Virus record (IMG/VR): IMGVR_UViG_3300034283_000433
Span: 4,323 to 68,322 of that record
Length of the DNA stretch: 64,000 nucleotides
DNA from: a virus
Direction: 5' to 3' (one strand)
The notes below the pieces were generated by a model. The model did not search any database and had not been told where the DNA came from. It saw nothing but the letters and a program-made list of their open reading frames with translations. A program made the translations under genes and the position numbers. Within the stretch, counting starts at the first letter, position 1, and each line of letters opens with the position of its first letter. Shown one piece after another: positions 1-10,468 of the stretch.

Positions 1-116
1 CGAATGCTTAATTTGTGGCTTAATAAGCCTTTAGAGCGTTCACCTGTTTGTTGGTTAATTACTCTTCCGTTTAATTCGTCGCTTAACGCTACGATTTCAC
101 CTAATGTCAACTTCAT
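1..116 (-). CDS. Hypothetical protein, truncated by window edge
   Basis: ATG at 116 just after the preceding stop; MKLTLGEIVALSDELNG... open to position 1. Confidence 0.6.
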   Translation of the reverse strand, partial: MKLTLGEIVALSDELNGRVINQQTGERSKGLLSHKLSI

Positions 117-117
117 A

Positions 118-363
118 TTATGATTGGTTTAAATGTTTTTCGTCTACTTCTGCCCAGCGATTGTCTGGACAAGCTCCTTTTACAGGGCTATATATCTTAG
201 CTTTTAACGCGCAACCACACAGCCCACAATGGATAAAAGGAGTAGTGCGCTTATGCTCACATCCTTCGCATATCTGTATTCTTTCTGCTGCTAATACTGA
301 TTGGGCATCGTCTGGATTAAACATTATAGCCCAAGCCTTAAAGATTTCCTCAATTTTAGTCAT
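118..363 (-). CDS. Small Cys-rich (probable Zn-binding) phage protein
   Basis: CxxC...CxxCxC...CP..W pattern; TATATTTG element at 386-393 upstream. Confidence 0.7.
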   Translation of the reverse strand: MTKIEEIFKAWAIMFNPDDAQSVLAAERIQICEGCEHKRTTPFIHCGLCGCALKAKIYSPVKGACPDNRWAEVDEKHLNQS

Positions 364-397
364 CGGTCTTTGCTTTGTTATAGAGCAAATATAAGAA

Positions 398-757
398 TTA
401 TTCCGCTATAGGAGCAGGAGTTTCTTCAGTAATCCAAGGAGCTTTCTTAGTAACTACAAGAGGATTCTTTTGAGTCTCTATTTTAGCATCTAATGCGTTG
501 TCAATAGCAGCCACATCTAAAGTAGCTTCTAACCATTCTACCATAGTAGCTTCTGTTAAGTCATTAAACTCAATGAAAGACTCAGGCTCAGGTAAAGTGA
601 TTGTACAAGCACCATATGTATCAGCTGTATAAGTCTTGTCATCTACTACTTCTGTAGCTTGTTTACGCCAATGAATTACAGATACTACATCTGTCATTGC
701 GTCAATTGAAGGTTTGCAATCTAGGGCTGCAATAACCCATTTTTTTGTATTTGCCAT
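398..757 (-). CDS. Tail-fibre-associated protein (putative assembly factor)
   Basis: 119 aa acidic protein following a fibre gene; FIEFNDLTE..MVEW motif typical of such proteins. Confidence 0.6.
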   Translation of the reverse strand: MANTKKWVIAALDCKPSIDAMTDVVSVIHWRKQATEVVDDKTYTADTYGACTITLPEPESFIEFNDLTEATMVEWLEATLDVAAIDNALDAKIETQKNPLVVTKKAPWITEETPAPIAE

Positions 758-839
758 ATTATTTGTTTATTTTGTTAAAAGACCAATTAGTGTCCAAATT
801 AAAATCATTGAAATAATTGATAATATTTTTGTCTTCATA

Positions 840-2534
840 TTATTTGTTCTTTAAAATATCTATTTCTGCTTTTAATTCTTTTACAACTTCTACTAATAAT
901 CCTACAACTCCATTATAGTTTAATGCTTTTGTTCCGTCATCATTTGGTCTAACTATTTCTGGTATTATTTGCTCAACCTCTTGAGCTATCAATCCAGCGT
1001 CTTCAAGTATATTAGATAAATGCATTCTTGCTGGCGCATTATCCTTCCAAGTGAAAGTATATCCATTTATTTTAGAAATTTTATCTAATGGATTAGATAT
1101 TTTTACTATGTTTTCTTTTAATGTCAAATCAGATAAAGAACCATTTTGTGTTAAAGAGCCATTTATAGTAAGGTTACCACCTCCATACAAGCGCATTTTT
1201 TCATAACAGTTATTTAAATTAGTTGTACTAGAGTCGTGAACAAAAAATCTTAAATCTAATTCCCACCCAGCACCTGCATTTGTTCTACCAGATGCAATTC
1301 CTGATTTATGAGGCCCTACAGAAAACCAATATCCGACTAAATTATCTGTAGTTCCAGAAATTGAATTATATAATTCATATCCCTTTGCTTGAGAATCAAA
1401 GGTAACACTACCACTTGTTATAGTAGAGCCTGTTACATAGTTAGTAATTTGTCCAATTCCATCAGAAGTTCCTACACAAAATTTACCAGCTATATTAATT
1501 CTTGCTCTTTCAGGAGCTCCACTTCCAGTGCTGAATACTAAATGGTTTGTTGCATTTATACCCATATTACCGATAGAGCCACTAGCCACAACTTGATTAG
1601 CCACACCGACATACCCAACAAGATTCCCAGAGTGTGCATATGCTACATATGTTCCATCACTTTTGTCAAAAAGAGCCGACCCATTTACTTCTAAATTATA
1701 TCCAGCAGCTGTAGTTTTGTTTATTAAAACTAATCCAGTACTAGTCAATCTTAATCTTTCTGTATTATCTGTATCAAATGCTAAATAACCTGCTTGGTAG
1801 TTTGTAACTCTATAATTACCGCCAGCCGTTCCACCGAACTCTATATTTCCATTTAATCCTAATAATCCTCCGCCTAGCGTACTTGTAGTATTAATTCTAA
1901 CTAACCCAGCATTTGTAATAGCAAATTTTTCAGCAAATGTAATAGCATTACCAGCTGTACCAGTTCCTGCCGTAGAAAAAGTAAGACCTCCATCTGCACT
2001 AACATTTAATTGAGATGCAGCTTTATTTGTTGTATGATATATATACCCAGTCCCATTAAAATAATTGTTAACGCCAATTTTCATATCAGCATTATTAGTC
2101 TGAAACGCTATATGTTGACCATAACTACCACCTTGAATAGCTATAAATGGTGTCCCCCAAGAACTTGGAGTAGCTCCAACGCCAATATGACCATTGTTTG
2201 TAATTCTCATTCTCTCTAAAGGAGAAGAGCTACCGCCTGGCAAAGTCCAAAAAGTAAGATTGCCATTACCTGTGCTAGTTGATTCATCCCAAGAACGAAT
2301 TCTAGCCATTTCATAATCATTATATCCTCTAAATGATAAATCTAAATATAATGGAGAACCAGATGTTCCAGCTACTCTGTTTGATACAATGGATATGTTG
2401 CCTCCAGAACTTGTACCTATCGCTATGGCAGAACCCTGATTTGATGTTATATTGCTTGTACCTACGCCAACATTTCCGTTATCTAGAACAGTAAATCCAT
2501 TTACAAGTTTACCAAGTTTAAAAGTATTACCCAT
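840..2534 (-). CDS. Tail fibre with C-terminal intramolecular chaperone (peptidase S74-like)
   Basis: ERMRI..G.VGIG repeats; C-terminal SD..LKENI...GLIAQEVE..PE.V...coiled coil. Confidence 0.85.
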   Translation of the reverse strand: MGNTFKLGKLVNGFTVLDNGNVGVGTSNITSNQGSAIAIGTSSGGNISIVSNRVAGTSGSPLYLDLSFRGYNDYEMARIRSWDESTSTGNGNLTFWTLPGGSSSPLERMRITNNGHIGVGATPSSWGTPFIAIQGGSYGQHIAFQTNNADMKIGVNNYFNGTGYIYHTTNKAASQLNVSADGGLTFSTAGTGTAGNAITFAEKFAITNAGLVRINTTSTLGGGLLGLNGNIEFGGTAGGNYRVTNYQAGYLAFDTDNTERLRLTSTGLVLINKTTAAGYNLEVNGSALFDKSDGTYVAYAHSGNLVGYVGVANQVVASGSIGNMGINATNHLVFSTGSGAPERARINIAGKFCVGTSDGIGQITNYVTGSTITSGSVTFDSQAKGYELYNSISGTTDNLVGYWFSVGPHKSGIASGRTNAGAGWELDLRFFVHDSSTTNLNNCYEKMRLYGGGNLTINGSLTQNGSLSDLTLKENIVKISNPLDKISKINGYTFTWKDNAPARMHLSNILEDAGLIAQEVEQIIPEIVRPNDDGTKALNYNGVVGLLVEVVKELKAEIDILKNK

Positions 2535-2543
2535 TTTATATTA

Positions 2544-2873
2544 TTAGCAGTCTACAATATTTTCAGCTCCATATAAACCTATAAGTTTATCTTTTAGCTT
2601 TTCGTAGCCGTATGCAAAGATACTTACATTTTCTAAGGTTGCTATATCAATACTAGGTATGTATATAGTCTGTCCTATAGCCTCACATTTAGCAATTACC
2701 TCACTAATTTCTGTAGCTGTAGTCTTATCTTCTAAATCAGACTGAGCATTGAATACCTCTAACATAAGCACTACATTGCTGTATTTGCTTACGATATATC
2801 CGCATATTCTTACATACGCTTCGGAGGTTACTCCTTTGTCAGTCTCTATTTCAGTTACAATTTTAAGTCCCAT
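2544..2873 (-). CDS. Hypothetical tail-associated protein
   Basis: ORF in fibre cluster; start moved to MGLKIV (ATG 2873, A-rich leader) to avoid overlap. Confidence 0.6.
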   Translation of the reverse strand: MGLKIVTEIETDKGVTSEAYVRICGYIVSKYSNVVLMLEVFNAQSDLEDKTTATEISEVIAKCEAIGQTIYIPSIDIATLENVSIFAYGYEKLKDKLIGLYGAENIVDC

Positions 2874-2889
2874 ATTCTTTATTTTAAAT

Positions 2890-3465
2890 TTATACGCTTC
2901 CGTACCATAAACCAAACTCTACAGTATATGTAGTTCCAGGGTCTACTGTAAAACTATATGATATAGCTGTATATCCTGCATTGGTATTTGTGTTAGCCCT
3001 TCTTACCCCATTCACATTGATATAAGAATAGATAGGTTGACAAGGAGATACACCATAACCATTACTAAAAGCTGTTACTGTACAAGTACTTCTACCTCTA
3101 GCATAGATAGTTCCATTACCACCAAAGGTCAGGAATGTACCTGCGTTTGTACCTCTTTCTGAGTTAGTAATGTTATAACCTGCGTTACCACCACCACCAT
3201 AGGGGCCGTAATAGTATCCTCCTACATCTTGTCCCTCTAATTGACCATAAGTATCCATAGACATAGAACAGCCATCATATAGCTGCCCTGTATTCTGAGA
3301 ATAGTTTATGACTGCAGGAGGCAAAGTATACCCATAGAACTCAGATAAAGAGTCTGGCGTAGACTTACCTAATGTTGAACTCAATCCTCTTAAATTGGAT
3401 GTAGACACATTCAGTTCGGTACGAACAGCATTTATACTTATTGCTCCACTAGAAGGTAATGCCAT
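2890..3465 (-). CDS. Putative fibre-tip adhesin
   Basis: MALPSSGAIS..VRTEL...SLSEFYG N-terminus typical of small fibre-tip proteins; G/Y/T-rich body. Confidence 0.6.
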   Translation of the reverse strand: MALPSSGAISINAVRTELNVSTSNLRGLSSTLGKSTPDSLSEFYGYTLPPAVINYSQNTGQLYDGCSMSMDTYGQLEGQDVGGYYYGPYGGGGNAGYNITNSERGTNAGTFLTFGGNGTIYARGRSTCTVTAFSNGYGVSPCQPIYSYINVNGVRRANTNTNAGYTAISYSFTVDPGTTYTVEFGLWYGSV

Positions 3466-3466
3466 A

Positions 3467-3742
3467 TTACGCTAATTCATTTGTTCTAGTAGCTGCTTCT
3501 TCATTCATTTGAGCTGCTGTTTTTACCCACTCATTTGTGAACGCTGCTGCAACGATTTCATCTTTAGAACCTGGAATAGATTGACCAGCTGCTAAGAATT
3601 TCTCTACTGCAATCTTTACGATTTCATCTACAGCAATTCTTGCTCTTTCTTTCATAGCATTCTCTACCCAATCTTGAGGGTCTAATGCTACATACTCCAT
3701 ACCTTTTTTTTCTGTCTCTGTTAATGTTACTGTGTAATTCAT
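3467..3742 (-). CDS. Small helical protein, putative fibre chaperone
   Basis: 91 aa directly after C1q-type fibre gene. Confidence 0.55.
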   Translation of the reverse strand: MNYTVTLTETEKKGMEYVALDPQDWVENAMKERARIAVDEIVKIAVEKFLAAGQSIPGSKDEIVAAAFTNEWVKTAAQMNEEAATRTNELA

Positions 3743-3754
3743 ATATTTTATTTA

Positions 3755-5323
3755 TTATATTAAAAATCCGCTAAATTGACTTTCAAATTGTATGCCAGTT
3801 GAACCTGATGCAATAATAGCACGAGCTTCAACATAATCCCCAGCATTTAAATTTAGAGTTGCACAAACTGTTAATGTATGGTAATTTGAAGAATAACCAC
3901 TAGGCCCTGCAATAGCGTGACCAAATGAAAAGTTTGTAGTACTACCAGTTGCACCATTTATTGTAAAGAATAATCTTATATATGTTCCAGATGTTGAGCC
4001 ATCAAATCTAGTTGTTGAAGAGAATTGATATCTTCCTGCAATAGGTGCAGTAAATCTACCATTAGATGTATTATAATGACTTCCAGTATTATGATGAACA
4101 TTCCCAAAAATAATAACAGTACCTGCCCCATCCCCTCCAGAAACGCTTTGATTATCTCCACTTCTAAATGCCTGAAACGAAGGTTGTCCAGGTCTATCCA
4201 TTCTACCAGCAAAATATGAAAGCCCTGCAGCTGAATCTATATACGCAACAAGGTCTCCTAAAGACCCATCCGCAGTTGGCTTTCTTACGCTTAATTTTCT
4301 ATTACTTGCAGCATTGTCTCCCTGAAAAGAAAATCCATCTTGAATAAGAAATCCAAATCCAGTACTTAATCCTGTTCCTGTTGATTCGCAGAAAATACCA
4401 GCTGCTTTATTTGCTATAGTAGACGCTTGATATAAAGTCATAATTGCACCACCTACATCTAATCTTGCTCTTGGTGATGCCATACCTACTCCTGTATTAC
4501 TCCCAAATGGGTTTATTAAAAGTGGAGCAGCTGTTCCTTCATTGTAACAAGCTTGAATATATGTATAGTTAGCACCTGCATATCCTATTGATACTCCAAC
4601 ATTTGACTCTGTATATAGTTTTATTCTAAATCTTGAATAATCATATGCTTGTTGTGCATTAGTTGCAGCAATTGTAGAACCTGTTGCTGGAAATGCTATA
4701 GTCAATGGCCCTACTGGAGAACTTGTACCAATTCCTAAAAATCCGCCTGCCGTTATTCTTGCTTTTTCTGTTGCAGTCAAAGATGCGTCTGCTGTACCTG
4801 AAGAACTATTTGAAAAAAGTATGTCACCATTTGCCGTGCTTATCATTGTAGATGGTTCTGCATACCTTGCCCTAAAACCACTATTATAATAGAAATTTGA
4901 ACCAAAGTATACATCATTACTAGAGCCAGAAAATAAAGAAAAATTTCTACCTACAAATAAATGAGCAAATGTTGTAGTAGTTGGAGAAGTGACTCCAATT
5001 GCAACATTCCCAGAAGATGTAACAGTTATTCTTCTTGTATTATCGGTTGCTATTGCTAAATCATTTGTACCCTGAGTTCCTATTGTCAATATATCTCCTA
5101 AAGCACCCCCTGTCATAGGACTTCCATTTCCATCCCAATATCTAATAATAGGCAAAACTGCAGAAGCACTAGACCTTTGCAAATAATATGCTCCTGTAAT
5201 AGAGGCTATATCGCCATTAACAGATAATTTATACGATGGGTTAGTTGTGCCCATACCCACATTCCCATTATCTAGGACTGTTATTGCGTTTGGAAATTTA
5301 CTAAGGTCTCTATTTTTCGCCAT
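3755..5323 (-). CDS. Tail fibre with C-terminal C1q-like domain
   Basis: GNVGIG repeats; PSFQA...NTGSHYNTSNGRFTAPIAGRYQF...LNAGDYVE...FSGFLI. Confidence 0.85.
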   Translation of the reverse strand: MAKNRDLSKFPNAITVLDNGNVGMGTTNPSYKLSVNGDIASITGAYYLQRSSASAVLPIIRYWDGNGSPMTGGALGDILTIGTQGTNDLAIATDNTRRITVTSSGNVAIGVTSPTTTTFAHLFVGRNFSLFSGSSNDVYFGSNFYYNSGFRARYAEPSTMISTANGDILFSNSSSGTADASLTATEKARITAGGFLGIGTSSPVGPLTIAFPATGSTIAATNAQQAYDYSRFRIKLYTESNVGVSIGYAGANYTYIQACYNEGTAAPLLINPFGSNTGVGMASPRARLDVGGAIMTLYQASTIANKAAGIFCESTGTGLSTGFGFLIQDGFSFQGDNAASNRKLSVRKPTADGSLGDLVAYIDSAAGLSYFAGRMDRPGQPSFQAFRSGDNQSVSGGDGAGTVIIFGNVHHNTGSHYNTSNGRFTAPIAGRYQFSSTTRFDGSTSGTYIRLFFTINGATGSTTNFSFGHAIAGPSGYSSNYHTLTVCATLNLNAGDYVEARAIIASGSTGIQFESQFSGFLI

Positions 5324-5333
5324 AAATTATTTT

Positions 5334-7586
5334 TTATCCTATTAAATATCCCATAAAGTTATGATATGGATTTGCTGTAGCTCCCATAGCATAGAATGTA
5401 TTTGTATTATCTGTAATCATAAATATTCTAACAGAATCATTAGCTGATAAATTAATAATTACACTTCTATTACCATTTGTTCCATAGTTTGTTCCAGTAG
5501 CGGTAGTGTCAAGCCTTAAATGATAATCACCTAAGAAATTTGAGTTATTTATTCTTAGAAAAAATCTATATACATCATCAGCACTACCTCCAATATCTGA
5601 CCAAGAAAAATAATATACCCCAGCAATAGGAGCTGTAAATATACCATTTGATGCATTATAATGCCCACCTCTATTTAAGTGAACTGTAGGGAAAGTAAGA
5701 TAAGAACCGCTTAATGTATTAAATGAATCACCATTCCCATAAGCTAAAAATGCTGGTTGATTTGGTTTTAAAACTTGACCAGAAGACGTCAAAGATAATG
5801 CATCTACTGGTGTGCCATTAGTTTTTAATCTAAAATACATTCTACCATTAGCATCATTCCATCTACTATCAATATAAGAATTTCCATAGTAATTATCTGA
5901 CCATAAATCTAATCCAGTCGTATTGTCCGTTTGTCTTAAAAATAAGCCAGTATTCCCATATCCGTCAGTTGAATTTATTTGCAAAACTCTTGTTTTTGCT
6001 GGCTGAGATGTCCATCCAGTACCACTTGGCAAAGTAGCCCCTGGAGTTGAAGTATTAATTCCAATATATCCTCCAGGCTTTAAAAATAATCTAAAATCAG
6101 CGACTGATGATTCAACAAAATTTAAACCATCTGCGCTATTCCATTGAATATGCCATTTTTGAACATTACTATTATTTTGAAACCCTATAGCACCAGCATT
6201 AGCTAAAGTAAGTTTTTCATTTCCAGATGTTCCACCTATAATTACATTACCAGAAGAAGTAACAGCAATCCTTGTTGTATTGGCTGTATAATCGTAAAGA
6301 ACAAAATTATTGTTTACATTTTGCAATGCATATATTCTTGGATAAGTAGAATTTGTATTATTAAATACTAATCCTATATTAACCGCTGACTGGTCTCCTA
6401 TTAAATTCAACATATTACCATCTGTAATAGTTGTTCCGTTTATTGCAAATTTTACACCTGTTTGATATAAAGCACTATCTCCTAAAGTCCCTGAAGCAGT
6501 CCACTTAGGGATATAGTTAGTTGTACCTGAACCACCTACTCCCGTAAATGCACCAACTGTATAGTTGTATGCAACTACTTCCACAATATCATTCACCACA
6601 CAAGCCGTGCCTAGAACTATAGAAGTTCCATTAGTCGCAGTAAACTCTGCAGCAGCTAATTTAGCACCATTGTAAAACACATCTACAAATCCTACAGAGT
6701 AGTTAACAGTAAATGTAGTCTGACCAGCAGTAGCTGTAAATGCAGTTGTTTGTCTTAAGCTATTATTAGCTATGAATTGTCCACCATATTTGTAAACTTC
6801 TACAACATCGTTTACAGCGGCAGCAGCTGTCAATACAACTGTTGACCCATTGCTAGCTGTAAACTCGGTAGCGTTGTCTAACTTAACACCATTTAAGAAC
6901 ACATCTACCATACCTACAGTGTAACCACCAGTAACAGTAAATGTAGTTTGTGATGCAGTAGCTGTAAACTTCTGAATTACTCTTGTAGAAACAGAAGAAG
7001 CATCTACTACCCAAGTTCTATTCGCACTTAAGTCGTATGTAGTTCCGTTTATAGTTATTGTTCTAGCGTTAGTAACAGGAGTATATCCTAGTGCGCCAGT
7101 AACATCTGTATCTAATAATGTAATATCACCAGTACGTGTATTGAAGCTAGATATACCAGCTACAATTGTCCAGCTTCTATTTGCTGATAAATCATATGTC
7201 GTACCATTAATAGTAAGTGTACGAGCATTTGTTACAGGCGTGTATCCTAAAGCTCCTGTTACATCTGTATCAGTTAAAGTTATCGCACCTGTTCTTGTAT
7301 TAAAAGAAGATACACCTGATACGATAGACCAGCTTCTATCAGCAGACAAATCGTAAGATGTACCATTGATTGTAATTGTTCTTGTAGTAGGAACATAAGC
7401 ACTTAATCCAGCAGGAGCTACGAAGTCTGTACCTGCAACAGCAGCTACTAACTTACCACTAGAGTCTGCCTTAAGCATAGAACTTGTTACAGTCGTTTGC
7501 GTAAACGAAGCAGGAACAGTAATGTTTCCACTGCCATCGTAGGTTATCAAATAACTTAACTGACCTGTATTTCTAGTATATCCCAT
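5334..7586 (-). CDS. Tail fibre with two branching-type domains and C-terminal C1q-like domain
   Basis: Two TAT.GQTTF..Y.VG.VDVF.NG.KL domains; C-terminal YNASNGIFTAPIAGVYYF...FMGYLIG. Confidence 0.85.
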   Translation of the reverse strand: MGYTRNTGQLSYLITYDGSGNITVPASFTQTTVTSSMLKADSSGKLVAAVAGTDFVAPAGLSAYVPTTRTITINGTSYDLSADRSWSIVSGVSSFNTRTGAITLTDTDVTGALGYTPVTNARTLTINGTTYDLSANRSWTIVAGISSFNTRTGDITLLDTDVTGALGYTPVTNARTITINGTTYDLSANRTWVVDASSVSTRVIQKFTATASQTTFTVTGGYTVGMVDVFLNGVKLDNATEFTASNGSTVVLTAAAAVNDVVEVYKYGGQFIANNSLRQTTAFTATAGQTTFTVNYSVGFVDVFYNGAKLAAAEFTATNGTSIVLGTACVVNDIVEVVAYNYTVGAFTGVGGSGTTNYIPKWTASGTLGDSALYQTGVKFAINGTTITDGNMLNLIGDQSAVNIGLVFNNTNSTYPRIYALQNVNNNFVLYDYTANTTRIAVTSSGNVIIGGTSGNEKLTLANAGAIGFQNNSNVQKWHIQWNSADGLNFVESSVADFRLFLKPGGYIGINTSTPGATLPSGTGWTSQPAKTRVLQINSTDGYGNTGLFLRQTDNTTGLDLWSDNYYGNSYIDSRWNDANGRMYFRLKTNGTPVDALSLTSSGQVLKPNQPAFLAYGNGDSFNTLSGSYLTFPTVHLNRGGHYNASNGIFTAPIAGVYYFSWSDIGGSADDVYRFFLRINNSNFLGDYHLRLDTTATGTNYGTNGNRSVIINLSANDSVRIFMITDNTNTFYAMGATANPYHNFMGYLIG
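7005..7400 (-). repeat. About 2.5 tandem ~53-aa repeats within the 750-aa fibre
   Basis: RTITINGT.YDLSA.R.W x3; SSFNTRTG.ITL.DTDVTGALGYTPVTNA x2 (approximate bounds). Confidence 0.8.
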
Positions 7587-9364
7587 TAGATTAAATTATT
7601 TCGTTTTAATATGTCACGAAGTTCGTTATTTTCCTTCTTTAATTCTTTTATAGCCTCAATAAATAATCCACCCATATTTCCGTAAGCTACATTATACATA
7701 CCATCTTCATCTTGATTTACAACTTCTGGTACTATAGGTAATGTTTCTTGCGCAATAACACCAATTTTCGTTTTACCATCTTCAGAGCCTATTCTTGTGT
7801 AAGACACACCTCTTAATGCTAATACTTTATCAAGTGCGCCTTCAATAGTCTTTACATTTTCTTTTACTCTAGCATCTGAGTATGCTGTTACATCACCAAC
7901 AGCTGTCCAGTTACCTGAGTCATCACAATAAGCTCCCCATCCACCAGCTTGAGTTAAAAATCCAATACGATTTGAGTTACAATGAATTTCACGCTGCCCC
8001 TCATCACTATCTGACATATATATAGAACTGGATGAGCCAGCTCCTGTTACTGTTAAATATCCACCTATTGTAACACTACCACTACTTGATAGTGGCGTAT
8101 ATCCTAAAGCACCTGTAACCTGACCTGATGTAATACCAGTCAAGTATGTACTGTTATCGTAAGATATAGTTGTACCTGAAATCTTCACAAAACCTGTACC
8201 ATTCAATGCAGGCTGACCACCTAATCCAGCCAATGTATATGTAGGTATATTTAATGTTGCACCTGTTAAGGTTGCAGCACCTGAACTACCTGTTACTGTT
8301 AAAGTAAGTGCGTTTTGTTTATTGTTAAATGTTGTCCAGTTAGCTGATGTCAAATATCCGTTCTGGCTACCTGTAGCAGCAGGCATAGAAAATACACCTG
8401 TGTTTGAATCGTAAGCCATAGGAGCTGTAGCAGAGAATGCAGCTTTACTTGCACCACCACCAATACCATTTGCAACAACAGTTAAAATAGTTCCCTCTGG
8501 TATTCCTGAAGCTAATGTGATACTTGTACCATTCGTAGCTGTAAACTCAGCAGGAGCCATCTTAGAGCCATTATAGAATACTTCTACGCTACCTACAGTA
8601 TAGTTTACTGTGAATACACTTTGGTTAGCTGTAGCTGTAAATACAGTCTCTGTTCTTGTAGGAATATTAGCTGCATCAGCAGGAGTATATCCTAACCATC
8701 CAGCTATTGTTTTATTCACCCATAATGTTCCGTTATATCCTAAGATATGACCATTAACAGGAGTAGTTGTAATTAAATCAACATCGTGAATTTCTCTAAG
8801 CTCAAAACCATTCTGCACCTTCACAAAAATCTCACCATTGTTAGCGTTTATTCTTGTAACGATACCTATAAAAACTAAGTGAGCAGGAGCATAAGGCTTG
8901 TTAGTCAAACCATATATTAAGTTACCATCAGTACCTAACCATACAGGGTCACCTGCATTAGTAGCTCCTGTAGTATTTAAGCCTGCCAATAACCCTTCTG
9001 TAATAACGTTCCCAATCCCATTGTTAGATAGGTTAGACTCTATAAGACCCATTGTCTTAGATGATGTAGCTTCAGATGCGTTAGAGGCCTTGCCAACTAT
9101 CATATTTGTGCCATCCGCACTTGTAACATAAACAGCTTGTCCCTTTGTTAAAGCTACACCTGCCTTTACTTGATGTTTTACAGTAGATGTAAAACCAGCA
9201 GGCAAGGAACCTATACCCAAATCATTGTACAATTCTAAAGCAGTTCTGAAATCTACATTGCCAGAAGCATCAAGTACTAAAAACTTGTCAGTATTTGTAC
9301 CAGCATTAGCTACAGAGTTAGCTGTAATTGTACCATTAAATATGGCATTACTTTGAAACTTCAT
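7586..9364 (-). CDS. Tail fibre with one branching-type domain and S74-like chaperone
   Basis: C-terminal YSDARVKENV...GVIAQE..PEVV; one TATANQSVF..Y.VG.VEVFYNG domain. Confidence 0.85.
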   Translation of the reverse strand: MKFQSNAIFNGTITANSVANAGTNTDKFLVLDASGNVDFRTALELYNDLGIGSLPAGFTSTVKHQVKAGVALTKGQAVYVTSADGTNMIVGKASNASEATSSKTMGLIESNLSNNGIGNVITEGLLAGLNTTGATNAGDPVWLGTDGNLIYGLTNKPYAPAHLVFIGIVTRINANNGEIFVKVQNGFELREIHDVDLITTTPVNGHILGYNGTLWVNKTIAGWLGYTPADAANIPTRTETVFTATANQSVFTVNYTVGSVEVFYNGSKMAPAEFTATNGTSITLASGIPEGTILTVVANGIGGGASKAAFSATAPMAYDSNTGVFSMPAATGSQNGYLTSANWTTFNNKQNALTLTVTGSSGAATLTGATLNIPTYTLAGLGGQPALNGTGFVKISGTTISYDNSTYLTGITSGQVTGALGYTPLSSSGSVTIGGYLTVTGAGSSSSIYMSDSDEGQREIHCNSNRIGFLTQAGGWGAYCDDSGNWTAVGDVTAYSDARVKENVKTIEGALDKVLALRGVSYTRIGSEDGKTKIGVIAQETLPIVPEVVNQDEDGMYNVAYGNMGGLFIEAIKELKKENNELRDILKRNNLI

Positions 9365-9367
9365 TTA

Positions 9368-10462
9368 TTATTTTTTAATAACTACACGATATGCATTTAA
9401 TGCAGGAGCTGTTGCAAAACTAACTGTTACTACCGAAGTAGAAGTCATTACAACATCTGCATATACTTGTTCATATGTAGAGTTATCATATATTAAAACT
9501 ATTACATCTCTTGTTCCCAAGTTATGTGTTAGAGTAAAACTTGTAGCACTTGCGTTACCTACGTTTGCAGCATACCCACCAACAGCATTAGCTAAATATG
9601 TAACTAACTTAAGTGGAGTAACTATTCTTTGGTCATCTGTACCTGCATTTACTTCAGCTTGAGTAGCAATCTCTGCTAAACCTAAAGTAGTCTCTGTAGC
9701 TTGGTCTCTATTTACTTCTAACTGAATCCAATCACTTGCACTAGATGTAGAAGCAGAATCAATCTTAGCGATGATTACATCACCTACGTTGAACGCTACA
9801 CCACCTGTTGTACCTGCTACAGATACATACCAGTAATCACCTTTCTTAGTTCCTGCTACAGGAGTAGAACCTACAGGGAAAGAACCACTAGATGCATCCC
9901 AAGCTCCTTCTAGGTTACCTAAAGTTCCTACATTAGTATCTATGTAAGATTTAATTGCAGAAGAAGTAGCTAATGTAGTTGAGCTAGCAGAAGCTAAATC
10001 AGTTATAACAGTAACTTCAGCAACATTTGCTGTACCGCCTGAAACGTTACCTAAAACTTTAAGATTAGCTATTTGTGCAATCTTAGCCAAAGTAACTTGG
10101 TTATCGCCTAACTTAATTGTAGTTACAGCTCCGTCATTCAACTTAGCTGTAGTGATACCTAAATCTTTAACACGAACTATATCGTTATTAACTTCAATGG
10201 TAGCATTATCTACATTCACATCTAACGTAACATCTCCTGTCGTTCCACCACCAGTTAAACCAGCTCCTGCAACTACAGAAGTGATATCACCTGTAAGGTC
10301 TAACCAAGTAGTTCCATTGTATAAGAATAGTTTTTTAACACCAGTTGTGGTATCAAAATAAATCTGGCCTTGTACAGGGCTAGATGGATTACCAGCGTTG
10401 TTATGTACCGCGACATTTACTATCTGGTTTTTGTTCAAGTCAATGTTAGTAAGAAATTTCAT
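9368..10462 (-). CDS. Proximal tail fibre/linker protein
   Basis: ATQAEVNAGTDD.RIVTPLKL fibre motif; C-terminal THNLG domain. Confidence 0.75.
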   Translation of the reverse strand: MKFLTNIDLNKNQIVNVAVHNNAGNPSSPVQGQIYFDTTTGVKKLFLYNGTTWLDLTGDITSVVAGAGLTGGGTTGDVTLDVNVDNATIEVNNDIVRVKDLGITTAKLNDGAVTTIKLGDNQVTLAKIAQIANLKVLGNVSGGTANVAEVTVITDLASASSTTLATSSAIKSYIDTNVGTLGNLEGAWDASSGSFPVGSTPVAGTKKGDYWYVSVAGTTGGVAFNVGDVIIAKIDSASTSSASDWIQLEVNRDQATETTLGLAEIATQAEVNAGTDDQRIVTPLKLVTYLANAVGGYAANVGNASATSFTLTHNLGTRDVIVLIYDNSTYEQVYADVVMTSTSVVTVSFATAPALNAYRVVIKK

Positions 10463-10468
10463 CTTGTT

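Noticed and set aside
3755-7586. Diversity-generating retroelement acting on the two C1q tips
   Set aside because: No reverse transcriptase in the window and the tips are too diverged for a TR/VR pair
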